Virus record (IMG/VR): IMGVR_UViG_3300045919_000425 | Coordinates: 97,199 to 158,938 of that record | From: a virus | Taxonomy: Duplodnaviria; Heunggongvirae; Uroviricota; Caudoviricetes | Length of the DNA stretch: 61,740 bases | Reading direction: 5' to 3' (one strand) | Shown: positions 1 to 7,879 of the stretch, piece by piece | Numbering within the stretch: the stretch's first letter is position 1 | How the letters are laid out: each line of letters starts with the position of its first letter | Notes under the pieces: generated by a model | What the model was told of the DNA's origin: nothing | The model's database searches: none | The model's input: the letters and a program-made list of their open reading frames with translations, nothing else | Translations under genes and position numbers: made by a program

Positions 1-38
1 AGCAAATTATCGAAGACGATTCGGACATTCCCTTTTAA
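1..38 (+). CDS. 3' end of a gene truncated by the window edge; probable single-stranded DNA-binding protein
   Basis: Frame from nt 3 reads QIIEDDSDIPF-stop (TAA 36-38); acidic tail ending DIPF matches the SSB C-terminal motif. Only 11 residues visible. Confidence 0.6.
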   Translation, partial: QIIEDDSDIPF

Positions 39-62
39 GTCCTTGATTTAATATGCAATAAT

Positions 63-114
63 AATAGAAAATACCACAGCTTGACTTTCGGTTAAGTTTG
101 TGGTATTTTCTATT
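63..114. repeat. Long inverted repeat (about 23-bp stem, one bulge, two G-T pairs) overlapping a promoter
   Basis: aatagaaaataccacagcttgac (63-85) pairs with gttaagtttgtggtattttctatt (91-114); loop tttcg. Confidence 0.85.
81..109 (+). promoter_or_regulatory. sigma70-like promoter
   Basis: TTGACT-N17-TATTTT with TG extended -10; GTTAA in spacer; RBS AAGGAGG downstream. Confidence 0.7.
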
Positions 115-126
115 CAAGGAGGAATT

Positions 127-1539
127 ATGAATAAAGAAGAGTTAAGGAAATTTGTATTAGAAAATCCAGAACTTGTTGATATGAAGAGAACCTCAAAAGA
201 AGGCATTTATATCTTGAAATACAAGAAAACAGTTTTCTTTAATAGTTTGTGGAATGAGTTTCTTGAAGAATGCCGAGGGACAATTATTGACAGTGAGTTT
301 AATGTGATCTCAAGGCCATTTACCAAGATCTATAACTTTGGAGTAGAAGAAAAAAGTCCAAAGTTACCAGAGGAAACTCCAATAATAGCGTACAGAAAAG
401 TTAATGGATTCATGGTTGCCGTAACTCTTTACAATAATGAACCATTAATCTCTACAACTGGAACGATTGATTCTCAGCATGTAATTTACGCAAAAGAGAT
501 GATGTTGAAGTCCTGCGCATGGAGTAAGTGGGTTCATTTCTTCAGATCTAACCCTAACCTTACGTTTATGTTTGAATGTGTTCATAAAGAAGATCCCCAC
601 ATCATCGCTGAAGATGAAGGCATTTATCTTTTAGGTTGGAGGGAGAATAGGTGGGATTCTAAGGTTGATGGATGGTTAACATCAGAGGATGATGTTATTC
701 AGAACACGGCGAATCATCTTGGATGTAAGTTCGCAGAATCGCATAAAACATCAGTTGGAGAGTTAATTATCCTTTCTAAGAAAATTAAGCACGAAGGATT
801 TGTTTTCTACACACAAGACAATATCAGCGCAAAGATTAAGACACCTTATTATCTTGTGAAGAAATTTATAGCAAGAGCACCAAGGGACTCTAAGCTTATG
901 AACCCTAATGTTAAGAAGAACGTGGACGAGGAATATTACCCATTAATTGACGCTATTCAAGCGAACATTAGAAAGTTCATGCTGTTAAGTGAACAGGCAA
1001 GACTTGAGTGGATAACCAAGTTTCTTACTTCTGGTAGTGTAGAATTTACGGTCAGGAATACTAATTCCCCAATATTTTACATGTTGATTGGGGTGCCAGG
1101 ATCAGGAAAATCAACATGGATTAAAGATAACATCACAGAAGATTTTACGATCTTATCCACAGATGATTACATAGAAAGAAAAGCTAAGGAAGAAGGTAAG
1201 TCCTATAACGAAGCTTTTAATTCGAATATTTCGGAAGCGTTCAGGGTTTTGAGAAGGGAGATGGATAAGGCCATCTCCGAGAAACGTAATATCGTATGGG
1301 ATCAAACAAATACGGACAGTAAAAGTAGGCGAGCTAAATTAAACCTAATTCCTTCTTTCTATAGGAAAGTTGCAGTTGTGATTTCATTACCAGAAAGAAA
1401 AGAATTAGAAAGAAGGCTTTTATTAAGACCGGGGAAGACTATCTCAAACAATACACTGGAAGATATGATTAATATGTTTATAGCTACTATTCCTAACCTT
1501 CACGATGAGTTCGAGGAAATACTAACCTCAGCTACTTGA
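127..1539 (+). CDS. Rnl1-type RNA ligase fused to a C-terminal P-loop polynucleotide kinase
   Basis: ECRGTIID and SRPFTKIYNFG segments, motif I RKVNGFM, FMFECVH and EGFV of T4 Rnl1-like ligases; C-terminal LIGVPGSGKST, ILSTDDY, VWDQTN of Pnk kinases. Start moved to ATG 127 after AGGAGG. Confidence 0.85.
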   Translation: MNKEELRKFVLENPELVDMKRTSKEGIYILKYKKTVFFNSLWNEFLEECRGTIIDSEFNVISRPFTKIYNFGVEEKSPKLPEETPIIAYRKVNGFMVAVTLYNNEPLISTTGTIDSQHVIYAKEMMLKSCAWSKWVHFFRSNPNLTFMFECVHKEDPHIIAEDEGIYLLGWRENRWDSKVDGWLTSEDDVIQNTANHLGCKFAESHKTSVGELIILSKKIKHEGFVFYTQDNISAKIKTPYYLVKKFIARAPRDSKLMNPNVKKNVDEEYYPLIDAIQANIRKFMLLSEQARLEWITKFLTSGSVEFTVRNTNSPIFYMLIGVPGSGKSTWIKDNITEDFTILSTDDYIERKAKEEGKSYNEAFNSNISEAFRVLRREMDKAISEKRNIVWDQTNTDSKSRRAKLNLIPSFYRKVAVVISLPERKELERRLLLRPGKTISNNTLEDMINMFIATIPNLHDEFEEILTSAT

Positions 1540-1564
1540 CTTTTAGTTAAACATCTGATAGGTT
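1536..1564 (+). promoter_or_regulatory. sigma70-like promoter
   Basis: TTGACT-N17-TAGGTT; -35 overlaps the upstream TGA stop; GTTAA in spacer. Confidence 0.75.
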
Positions 1565-1621
1565 ACTTATATGGAAGATTTCATACCAGAAGCAATGTCA
1601 CTTAATAAATAGGGAGGTTTC

Positions 1622-2653
1622 ATGAGTTCTGTGATTACTAGTGAGCATTCAGGATCAGAAGTTGTCGTAACTGATGTAGTAAGACTTGAGAAGGGCGTTC
1701 GATTCAAGCTAACTCCATTTCAGGTAATGAGTCATGACCAGGACGGGAATGTAAATGCAATAACAATGCAAGTGGATTCAAAGAAGGAAAGTGTCGATTA
1801 TGAAATAAAGCCAGGTGCATTTAGGTTGACACCAAAAGCAGGATTGCAAAGAATTGATTTTCCAGATACCCCTTATTTTAAGACACCACAGTCTGAAGAA
1901 TTAAGAAAGATATTTACAAACTTCCGTAATAAGATCCATGTATATGTTAGAGCAAAACTAGAACTTAAAAGATCGGCATTGTTAGGTTCAGAGCCAGGGG
2001 TAGGTAAGACTTCCCTGATCACTGATTTTTGTAAGGAAGCGATACTTAAAGATCCTAGTACTTGCGCACTATTTGTCGATTCAGAGGAAGTTTCACCAGA
2101 AATACTTCATAGGATGTTTAGAACTCAGACAGAAAGTTCAAAGGATGTTAAGTTTATTATATTAGTCATAGAAGACATTGGCGGAACTGGATTAAATCAG
2201 AAAATGGACAGAGTATCAGGCGAACTTCTTTCATTTCTTGAGGGTTCTCCGGGGTTGTTCACTAAGCAGACGTTAATAGTGGGTACAACTAACTATCTGG
2301 ATGATCTGTCAGAGACATTGAAAGGAAGACCTGGCAGGTTTGACGTAACGATTCAAATTACCCCTCCAGACGATAGTTCTTGTAAGATTCTGGCACAAAA
2401 TTATTCATCCTTAATAAAGGAAAGAGACCTAACAGGAGAGGAGATCGGATTTATTATTGGAAAGAAGTTCACACCTGCTTACATTAAAGAGATCATATTA
2501 AGGTCAGAGCTTAATGATATTTCAATCCAAGAATCTGTTAAAGAACTAGAAATACAAAGGAAGAAGTCAGACAAGAAAGAGCATGGGATCAATGATAGAA
2601 CCTCAGACAGTAAGGTTGGATTCGGGTTTAATGATGACGATGATGATTTTTGA
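1622..2653 (+). CDS. Classic AAA-family ATPase (single AAA domain)
   Basis: Walker A GSEPGVGKTS, Walker B IILVIEDI, sensor 1 GTTNY, SRH GRPGRFD. Confidence 0.85.
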   Translation: MSSVITSEHSGSEVVVTDVVRLEKGVRFKLTPFQVMSHDQDGNVNAITMQVDSKKESVDYEIKPGAFRLTPKAGLQRIDFPDTPYFKTPQSEELRKIFTNFRNKIHVYVRAKLELKRSALLGSEPGVGKTSLITDFCKEAILKDPSTCALFVDSEEVSPEILHRMFRTQTESSKDVKFIILVIEDIGGTGLNQKMDRVSGELLSFLEGSPGLFTKQTLIVGTTNYLDDLSETLKGRPGRFDVTIQITPPDDSSCKILAQNYSSLIKERDLTGEEIGFIIGKKFTPAYIKEIILRSELNDISIQESVKELEIQRKKSDKKEHGINDRTSDSKVGFGFNDDDDDF

Positions 2654-2662
2654 GTTCAATAC

Positions 2663-2691
2663 TTGACTTTAAAGATTACTCGTGATAGGTT
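2663..2691 (+). promoter_or_regulatory. sigma70-like promoter
   Basis: TTGACT-N17-TAGGTT, TG extended -10. Confidence 0.75.
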
Positions 2692-2718
2692 GATTGAAGG
2701 AAATAAATAGGAGGGGAT

Positions 2719-3195
2719 ATGAGTTCTTTAGTAACAAGCATTACGAAAGAGGCAGTTTCAATTGCAGTTAATGAGGTACAGGGGTTATTAGTAAAAGCAC
2801 AGAGATTGGATAGGATTGAGCCAACCGGCACTCATGGGATTCACTCATTCTTAAGAGCAATGACAGTAGGGTTGGGAACTATATCGACACTTATGTCTCA
2901 GGTAGGATGGAAATTATCCGCTGCGGAAAGACAAGTCAAGCTTGCACAGTCAATTGCAGCACTAGAGTTATTCCCGCAGTATTGTACGGAAAAAGGAATC
3001 AAAGGAACCGCCGAATTGATGAAATTCTTCATTCAGGGACATGAAACGGTATTACAAGCACAAGAAGAGGCATCTTACTGGGAACACTTACACGAATACT
3101 TGAAGGGAATTTTATCTACTGTAAATGAGGCAAATACCAACGCCAGAAAACTATGGTGTGATATGAAAATGACACCAGTTATGAGAGGCGAATAA
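2719..3195 (+). CDS. Putative UvsY-like recombination mediator
   Basis: All-helical; GTAELMKFFIQGHETVLQAQEEASYWEHLHEYLKGILSTV resembles the T4 UvsY C-terminal half as recalled (..KSEMKTVLSADKDVLKVDTSLQYWGILLDFCSGALDAI); directly upstream of RecA/UvsX. Confidence 0.55.
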   Translation: MSSLVTSITKEAVSIAVNEVQGLLVKAQRLDRIEPTGTHGIHSFLRAMTVGLGTISTLMSQVGWKLSAAERQVKLAQSIAALELFPQYCTEKGIKGTAELMKFFIQGHETVLQAQEEASYWEHLHEYLKGILSTVNEANTNARKLWCDMKMTPVMRGE

Positions 3196-3242
3196 TACGA
3201 TACCGTACATGCAGTTTAAGATATTAACACTTAGGAGGAATA

Positions 3243-4457
3243 ATGAATACAGTAATTCAACCAAAATCCGTGAAGAAACCAAGCTACTTTTCCGCATTTG
3301 CTAAGATTGAGAATATTAAAACTGCACAGTTCCATTATGATAATCCCGGAGAGCTTTTAACCACAGGCTCTATTTCATTAGATTACGCATTGGGTGGTGG
3401 AATCCCCCGTGGCAGGATCTCTTTATTTTGGGGAGAAGCAGGAACAGGTAAAACATGGCAAGCGCTCAGAATGATGTCAGCAGAGTTAAGTAAATTTCCA
3501 GAAAAGACAGCTTTGTGGATTGACACCGAAGGATCCTTTGATGCACAAAGGGCACTAGACTTAGGAGTTGATCTGGATAGAGTGCAGGTTCTTTCTGGGA
3601 ATACTGCCGAAGAAATCATCACACCTCTAGCTAAGGTAAAGAAATTAATGCTAGAAGGAAAAGACTGCTGCTTTATAGGATTGGACTCTGTAAAAGCCCT
3701 CGTGCCGTCTTCTGTAGAGTCAGCGCTGGAGAATGGGAACATATCAGGAGCAACAAATGCGTATGGTGGTATTGCAAAAACAGTAAACCCGTTAGTTTCA
3801 TTGTTCAAGGAACTTTCCGAGAAGCTAGATATTCCAATAGTCATGATTAATCACGCATCTGATGAGATGGATGCAATGAAAGCTATGAAGAGTAAAGTAA
3901 AAATGGGCGGAGGACACTATTTGAGACATATGGCATCAGTAGTGATGCAATTCATCAAGTCAGATTCCTCAAAGACAAACCTTATTGATGAATCTGAAAA
4001 AACGATGAACGATAAGTCGGTCATCGTAGGATACCGTACTCGTGTGAAGGTCGGTAAAACAAGAAGAACTGTGGAAGGTAAAGAGGGTGAGTTTTACGTA
4101 AATTTTGCCAATGGAATTATTGTTAATAAAGAAGAAGAGGCGATAGACTTAGGAATGAACTTAGGACTCATTACAACAACAGGAACAAAACACCACTTCG
4201 GCGAAATGACTTCAAATAATTACGGAGTTCATAAGTCAGGATATGTAGGCTTCTTAAAAGAGAATCCATCGGTACTTGCAGATATTGAGAAAGCGATCCT
4301 GGCTAGGTGTACTAAGAAAACTGCTTTTCAACTAAAGTTAGACGAGCAAGAGGAGTTAAAAGAAAAAGAATTAGCAGAGCAAGAGCTTGAGGAATTTGGA
4401 AGTGACACAGTAGAAGTTCTTGCAGAGAAGTTGGTTAGTAAAAAGAAGACAAAATAA
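3243..4457 (+). CDS. recA: RecA/UvsX-like recombinase
   Basis: TGSISLDYALGGGIPRGRI, Walker A GEAGTGKT, WIDTEGSFD, LDLGVD, Walker B IGLDSV, MGGGHYLRH. Confidence 0.93.
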   Translation: MNTVIQPKSVKKPSYFSAFAKIENIKTAQFHYDNPGELLTTGSISLDYALGGGIPRGRISLFWGEAGTGKTWQALRMMSAELSKFPEKTALWIDTEGSFDAQRALDLGVDLDRVQVLSGNTAEEIITPLAKVKKLMLEGKDCCFIGLDSVKALVPSSVESALENGNISGATNAYGGIAKTVNPLVSLFKELSEKLDIPIVMINHASDEMDAMKAMKSKVKMGGGHYLRHMASVVMQFIKSDSSKTNLIDESEKTMNDKSVIVGYRTRVKVGKTRRTVEGKEGEFYVNFANGIIVNKEEEAIDLGMNLGLITTTGTKHHFGEMTSNNYGVHKSGYVGFLKENPSVLADIEKAILARCTKKTAFQLKLDEQEELKEKELAEQELEEFGSDTVEVLAEKLVSKKKTK

Positions 4458-4468
4458 CATCAAGATAC

Positions 4469-4497
4469 TTGACTTCTTTTCAAAATTAGTATAGCTT
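4469..4497 (+). promoter_or_regulatory. sigma70-like promoter
   Basis: TTGACT-N17-TAGCTT. Confidence 0.7.
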
Positions 4498-4549
4498 ACT
4501 TAAAGGAAGGAATTTCTCCTTCCGAGTCACAAATCCAAAGGAGTTCACC

Positions 4550-4699
4550 ATGGCTAAATCACAGTTTCGTAAAAGTACTAACCAAAAATCAAAAAAAGGA
4601 TTAATCACAACAACAGTATTTAAGCTAGGTAATGTTAAGGTTTGCATTCAAAAGCCAGTAGAATCTAAGAAAAAGATGAGCCAAAAAAGGCAAAAGTAG
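4550..4699 (+). CDS. Small Lys-rich basic protein (49 aa), absent from the ORF track
   Basis: AAGGAG RBS then ATG at 4550; MAKSQFRKSTNQKSKKGLITTTVFKLGNVKVCIQKPVESKKKMSQKRQK; own promoter upstream. Confidence 0.7.
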   Translation: MAKSQFRKSTNQKSKKGLITTTVFKLGNVKVCIQKPVESKKKMSQKRQK

Positions 4700-4737
4700 A
4701 AGTTAAGACAGTTAAGTAATTCATATTCTAGGTTCTA

Positions 4738-4896
4738 TCTGAGCATATACGATTAAGCGTAAACAAAAAAGAGTGATTTTAGTGGAAAGCAAGTCCTGTA
4801 TGCTTCAGTTTCGGAGCGACACAGGACTTCTGAATATCTTTACCGTGATATCATCGAACTAATATTTAGGCTCATATGCCGTAATAGTGTGCGGGT
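4738..4896 (+). ncRNA. Putative structured RNA in a 285-nt intergenic gap (family unrecognised)
   Basis: Nested stems: aagtcctgt(4791-4799)/acaggactt(4821-4829), ctgaatat/atatttag, closing tgagc(4740-4744)/gctca(4870-4874), plus tacg/cgta and ccgta/tgcgg hairpins. Strand assumed from the upstream promoter. Confidence 0.4.
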
Positions 4897-4984
4897 AAGT
4901 TAGGTGGATTTTCTGATTAAACACTACAAGAAACATCAAAATGCTATAAATTGAGTTCTGCGATGCGAAGGGGAGAAAGCATAA

Positions 4985-6400
4985 ATGAGTTCAAATAAAA
5001 AAGTTATGGAAAATAATGAAGAATATTCTTTTGGTTACAGCGATGTAAAAAACCATCAAGAAGAAAAAATAGTAAAAGGGTTTTACGTTGTACACGCTCC
5101 AGTAGCAGGAGCGATACTGCACCAGGGATTAATAAGGTCGATAGAGAATATCTGCTCAAGAAAAAAAGGACAGCAAGTAATCATCCCAATAAGACATCAT
5201 GCGCAATCCTTTGAAGTTCAAAATGAGAACTTTGACCCAACAGTACTTCAATTATCCAAGAAGTTTCCTATGGTAAAGACATTTAAGTTTAATAAAAATC
5301 TTAAAGCAGTAGACCTTCAGTTGAACGCACAGAACTTAAACCCACTTTCAGGTATCGAGAGATTTACTCAGGATGGAAATCATAGACATTCAGTGATCGT
5401 AGCACATCCAAAACAGGACTATAAAGTGATTCCATTCTCACACATCAAGTCCCCTCATCTTGCATTCACTACAGGAGCATCTACTTATCCATGTTACCGT
5501 GATAACACTCAGGGAAGAAAAGCAGAACAGGAGCATAAGATTGGTTGCGTTATTATCGAGATCTATTCAGAACAAAGATTCCGTATGACACAAGTAGAAG
5601 CAGCGAAAGATGGATCGTTCATCTATGACGGTGTGAAGTACTTACCAAATGGAAGAATTATTGAGAATTTCCAAGTTGAAGCATACATAGCAGGAGACCT
5701 TCACCCAGGTAACCACTCTGAGTTTGCTGTGAATGAGATGCTGAAATTGATTCGTAAATACAAACCAGAGAACTTATTACTTCATGATGCAATGGATTTC
5801 TTCTCGCTAAACCACCATGAAGCGCACAGTGTTCCACTCATGAGAGATCGTATTGTTAATGGACGTACGTTAGACTTTGAAAGAAAAGAAATACTAAAGA
5901 TATTCAATCGACTTGATAGAGCTATGGATGGAAGAGACATTATTATCGTTCCTTCTAATCATAATGACTTCCTTGGTAGAAGACTTCATGAACTTAGATT
6001 AGACCAAGATCCAGTGAACTCAGTGTTGTTAGCCGAGATATACGCTAAGTGGATGAAAGATGGAAGAACAAGGTTTCCAGAAGAGTATTTATTAGATCTT
6101 CCAGATAACTTCCTATTCCCTTCATTGAATCAAGATGTTATTATCGAAGGTTATAACAATATACATGGGGATAAATCGGCAGGTGGAGCAAAAGGTAGCC
6201 CAGGTGCTCTCAATAGAATCTATCAAAAGAGTATCTCAGGCCACACACATAGCCCATGTAAGATAGGTGACACAATTGTAGTTGGAACGAATTCCTTATT
6301 AAAACAAGGCTATAACAACGGTGTACAGAGCTGGCTCCACTCCGATGTGATTATTTATAAAGGTGGACAAACGCAAACAATATTCAAAATACCGGAATAG
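4985..6400 (+). CDS. T5 A1-like protein (calcineurin-like metallophosphoesterase/nuclease)
   Basis: AGDLHPG, LLLHDAMDF, PSNHNDFL, IHGDK, SGHTHSP, VVGTNS, GYNNGVQSWL; the C-terminal pattern matches the T5 A1 family as recalled. Confidence 0.7.
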   Translation: MSSNKKVMENNEEYSFGYSDVKNHQEEKIVKGFYVVHAPVAGAILHQGLIRSIENICSRKKGQQVIIPIRHHAQSFEVQNENFDPTVLQLSKKFPMVKTFKFNKNLKAVDLQLNAQNLNPLSGIERFTQDGNHRHSVIVAHPKQDYKVIPFSHIKSPHLAFTTGASTYPCYRDNTQGRKAEQEHKIGCVIIEIYSEQRFRMTQVEAAKDGSFIYDGVKYLPNGRIIENFQVEAYIAGDLHPGNHSEFAVNEMLKLIRKYKPENLLLHDAMDFFSLNHHEAHSVPLMRDRIVNGRTLDFERKEILKIFNRLDRAMDGRDIIIVPSNHNDFLGRRLHELRLDQDPVNSVLLAEIYAKWMKDGRTRFPEEYLLDLPDNFLFPSLNQDVIIEGYNNIHGDKSAGGAKGSPGALNRIYQKSISGHTHSPCKIGDTIVVGTNSLLKQGYNNGVQSWLHSDVIIYKGGQTQTIFKIPE

Positions 6401-6409
6401 AAGGGAGAA

Positions 6410-7141
6410 GTGTTGGAACAAGATTTCTTAAGAAGTATTCTGCACTACAATACAGAATCAGGAGAACTGGTTTGGCGTAATAATAGCGGGAGGTGGACAA
6501 AAAGAGAGGATGGAAGAAACCCTTGTCATTATGATAAAGATGGATATCTCATTCTGGTAATTCAGGGTAAGAAATATAAGGCTCATAGGATTGCCTGGTT
6601 CTATTGCCATAATGAGTGGCCAGAACAGATTAATCACATAAATGGAGTGCCTGACGACAACCGTCTTGCTAATTTAGAAGCAAGCAATCAGAGAGCTAAC
6701 TGTCAAAACAGGGTCGAGCATAGGAATGGAGGCTTGGTTGGGGTAAGGTACAAGGAAGGTAAAGTGTACGAGTCATATATAAACGTGGAACTAATAAACT
6801 ATTTCCTTGGAACCTACGACACAGATGAAGAAGCTCATAAGGCTCATGTGATCGCCACTAATCAAGCACTTAATGGAACTTTTCATGATTGGTTGATTAA
6901 ACATCGCATAGAAAGAGAGAGGGTTTTAATAGAAAGAAGGAAAAAGAGAACCGTATCTCATATATCGCAAAGGGGGAAAAGTTACATACTTAGAATAACT
7001 TATGAAAACGTAAGGTACTTAGTACTACACTCAGCCTATAAGGAAGAAGTTGAGAAGTATAAGACAGTAGTTGATGACTTATTCCGAGAAGGAAAATTTG
7101 ATCCCTCGGTTCACTGCATAAGAAAGAAGAAAACCAATTAA
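6410..7141 (+). CDS. Free-standing HNH homing endonuclease with AP2-like C-terminal domain(s)
   Basis: LHYNTESGELVW, DKDGYL, YKAHRIAW, INHINGVPDDNRLANLE; then GVRY..YESYI..YFLGTYDTDEEAHKA. Confidence 0.85.
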   Translation: MLEQDFLRSILHYNTESGELVWRNNSGRWTKREDGRNPCHYDKDGYLILVIQGKKYKAHRIAWFYCHNEWPEQINHINGVPDDNRLANLEASNQRANCQNRVEHRNGGLVGVRYKEGKVYESYINVELINYFLGTYDTDEEAHKAHVIATNQALNGTFHDWLIKHRIERERVLIERRKKRTVSHISQRGKSYILRITYENVRYLVLHSAYKEEVEKYKTVVDDLFREGKFDPSVHCIRKKKTN

Positions 7142-7156
7142 CTAACAAGGAGAAGC

Positions 7157-7537
7157 ATGTCACAGTTTTTAACCGCTCTAGATGTCATTCAGATAGAAGA
7201 TGCTTCACATGAAGGAAGGGGTACTTGGATAACCCAAGCACCCTTAGTTTACCAGTCAGACAGTATTGGGGACATAGTGGTTCCGGTAGGATTTTCAACT
7301 GACTTTGCGTCAGTGCCGAGAATTCCAGTATTGTTTGATATCGCAGGAGATCGTGGCAATTCGGCAGGCACAGTCCATGATTTTCTGTATGATGTAAAAT
7401 GCACATTACCGGTAAGCCGTAAGCAGGCCGACGCTGTATTGATGGAAGCTTTAATCTCTCAAGGTGTAGCAAAATGGATAGCGTTTGGTATGTATTTAGC
7501 AGTAAGAGTATTTGCGTCAAGCCACTATAGGAAATAA
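7157..7537 (+). CDS. DUF1353 domain protein
   Basis: VPVGFSTDFASVPR, VHDFLY, RKQADAVLMEAL. Confidence 0.85.
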   Translation: MSQFLTALDVIQIEDASHEGRGTWITQAPLVYQSDSIGDIVVPVGFSTDFASVPRIPVLFDIAGDRGNSAGTVHDFLYDVKCTLPVSRKQADAVLMEALISQGVAKWIAFGMYLAVRVFASSHYRK

Positions 7538-7550
7538 TGGTTCGGGATAC

Positions 7551-7579
7551 TTGACTTTAAGTTAATACTATGGCAGATT
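7551..7579 (+). promoter_or_regulatory. sigma70-like promoter
   Basis: TTGACT-N17-CAGATT, TG extension, GTTAA in spacer. Confidence 0.6.
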
Positions 7580-7599
7580 AATTAAAGAGGAGGTTACGG

Positions 7600-7815
7600 A
7601 TGAAATTAAAAGATCTGATAGATACCTTGGGTAAATTCAACCCAGAGATTCAGATAATTAGTTCGTATTATTCTGGCATGAGCCATAGTGTAACTGAACC
7701 AAATCTAACCCTAGTAAAAAAGGGAATCAATTTAATTGATGAGTTTGACACTTATGGAGAGGGGACTGTATGTGACGAATCTGAGATTGTAATACAAGAT
7801 TTAATTCCTATCTAG
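7600..7815 (+). CDS. Hypothetical protein
   Basis: GAGGAGG RBS, own promoter, MKLKDLIDTLGKFNPEIQI start typical of small phage ORFs. Confidence 0.7.
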   Translation: MKLKDLIDTLGKFNPEIQIISSYYSGMSHSVTEPNLTLVKKGINLIDEFDTYGEGTVCDESEIVIQDLIPI

Positions 7816-7820
7816 GGCAC

Positions 7821-7849
7821 TTGACTTTTTGTTTCATTCATGGTAGATT
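7821..7849 (+). promoter_or_regulatory. sigma70-like promoter
   Basis: TTGACT-N17-TAGATT, TG extension. Confidence 0.75.
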
Positions 7850-7879
7850 AATTGAAGTTCCAACACCAAAGGAGATTTT

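Noticed and set aside
43-71. Additional promoter at TTGATT (43-48)
   Set aside because: No acceptable -10 at 16-18 nt spacing
3383-3844. Antisense ORF inside recA, and similar shadows (e.g. 9314, 9581, 15033, 18400, 31402, 49612, 54887)
   Set aside because: Fully nested opposite well-supported genes, no RBS or motifs; codon-bias shadows
4780-4800. RNase P RNA, suggested by ggaaagcaagtcc
   Set aside because: Does not match GAGGAAAGUCC, and no matching 3' P4 strand seen
4738-4896. Hammerhead ribozyme, group I intron, tmRNA or known riboswitch
   Set aside because: No CUGAnGA/GAAA core, no P/Q/R/S elements, no tRNA-like ends, no recognisable aptamer consensus
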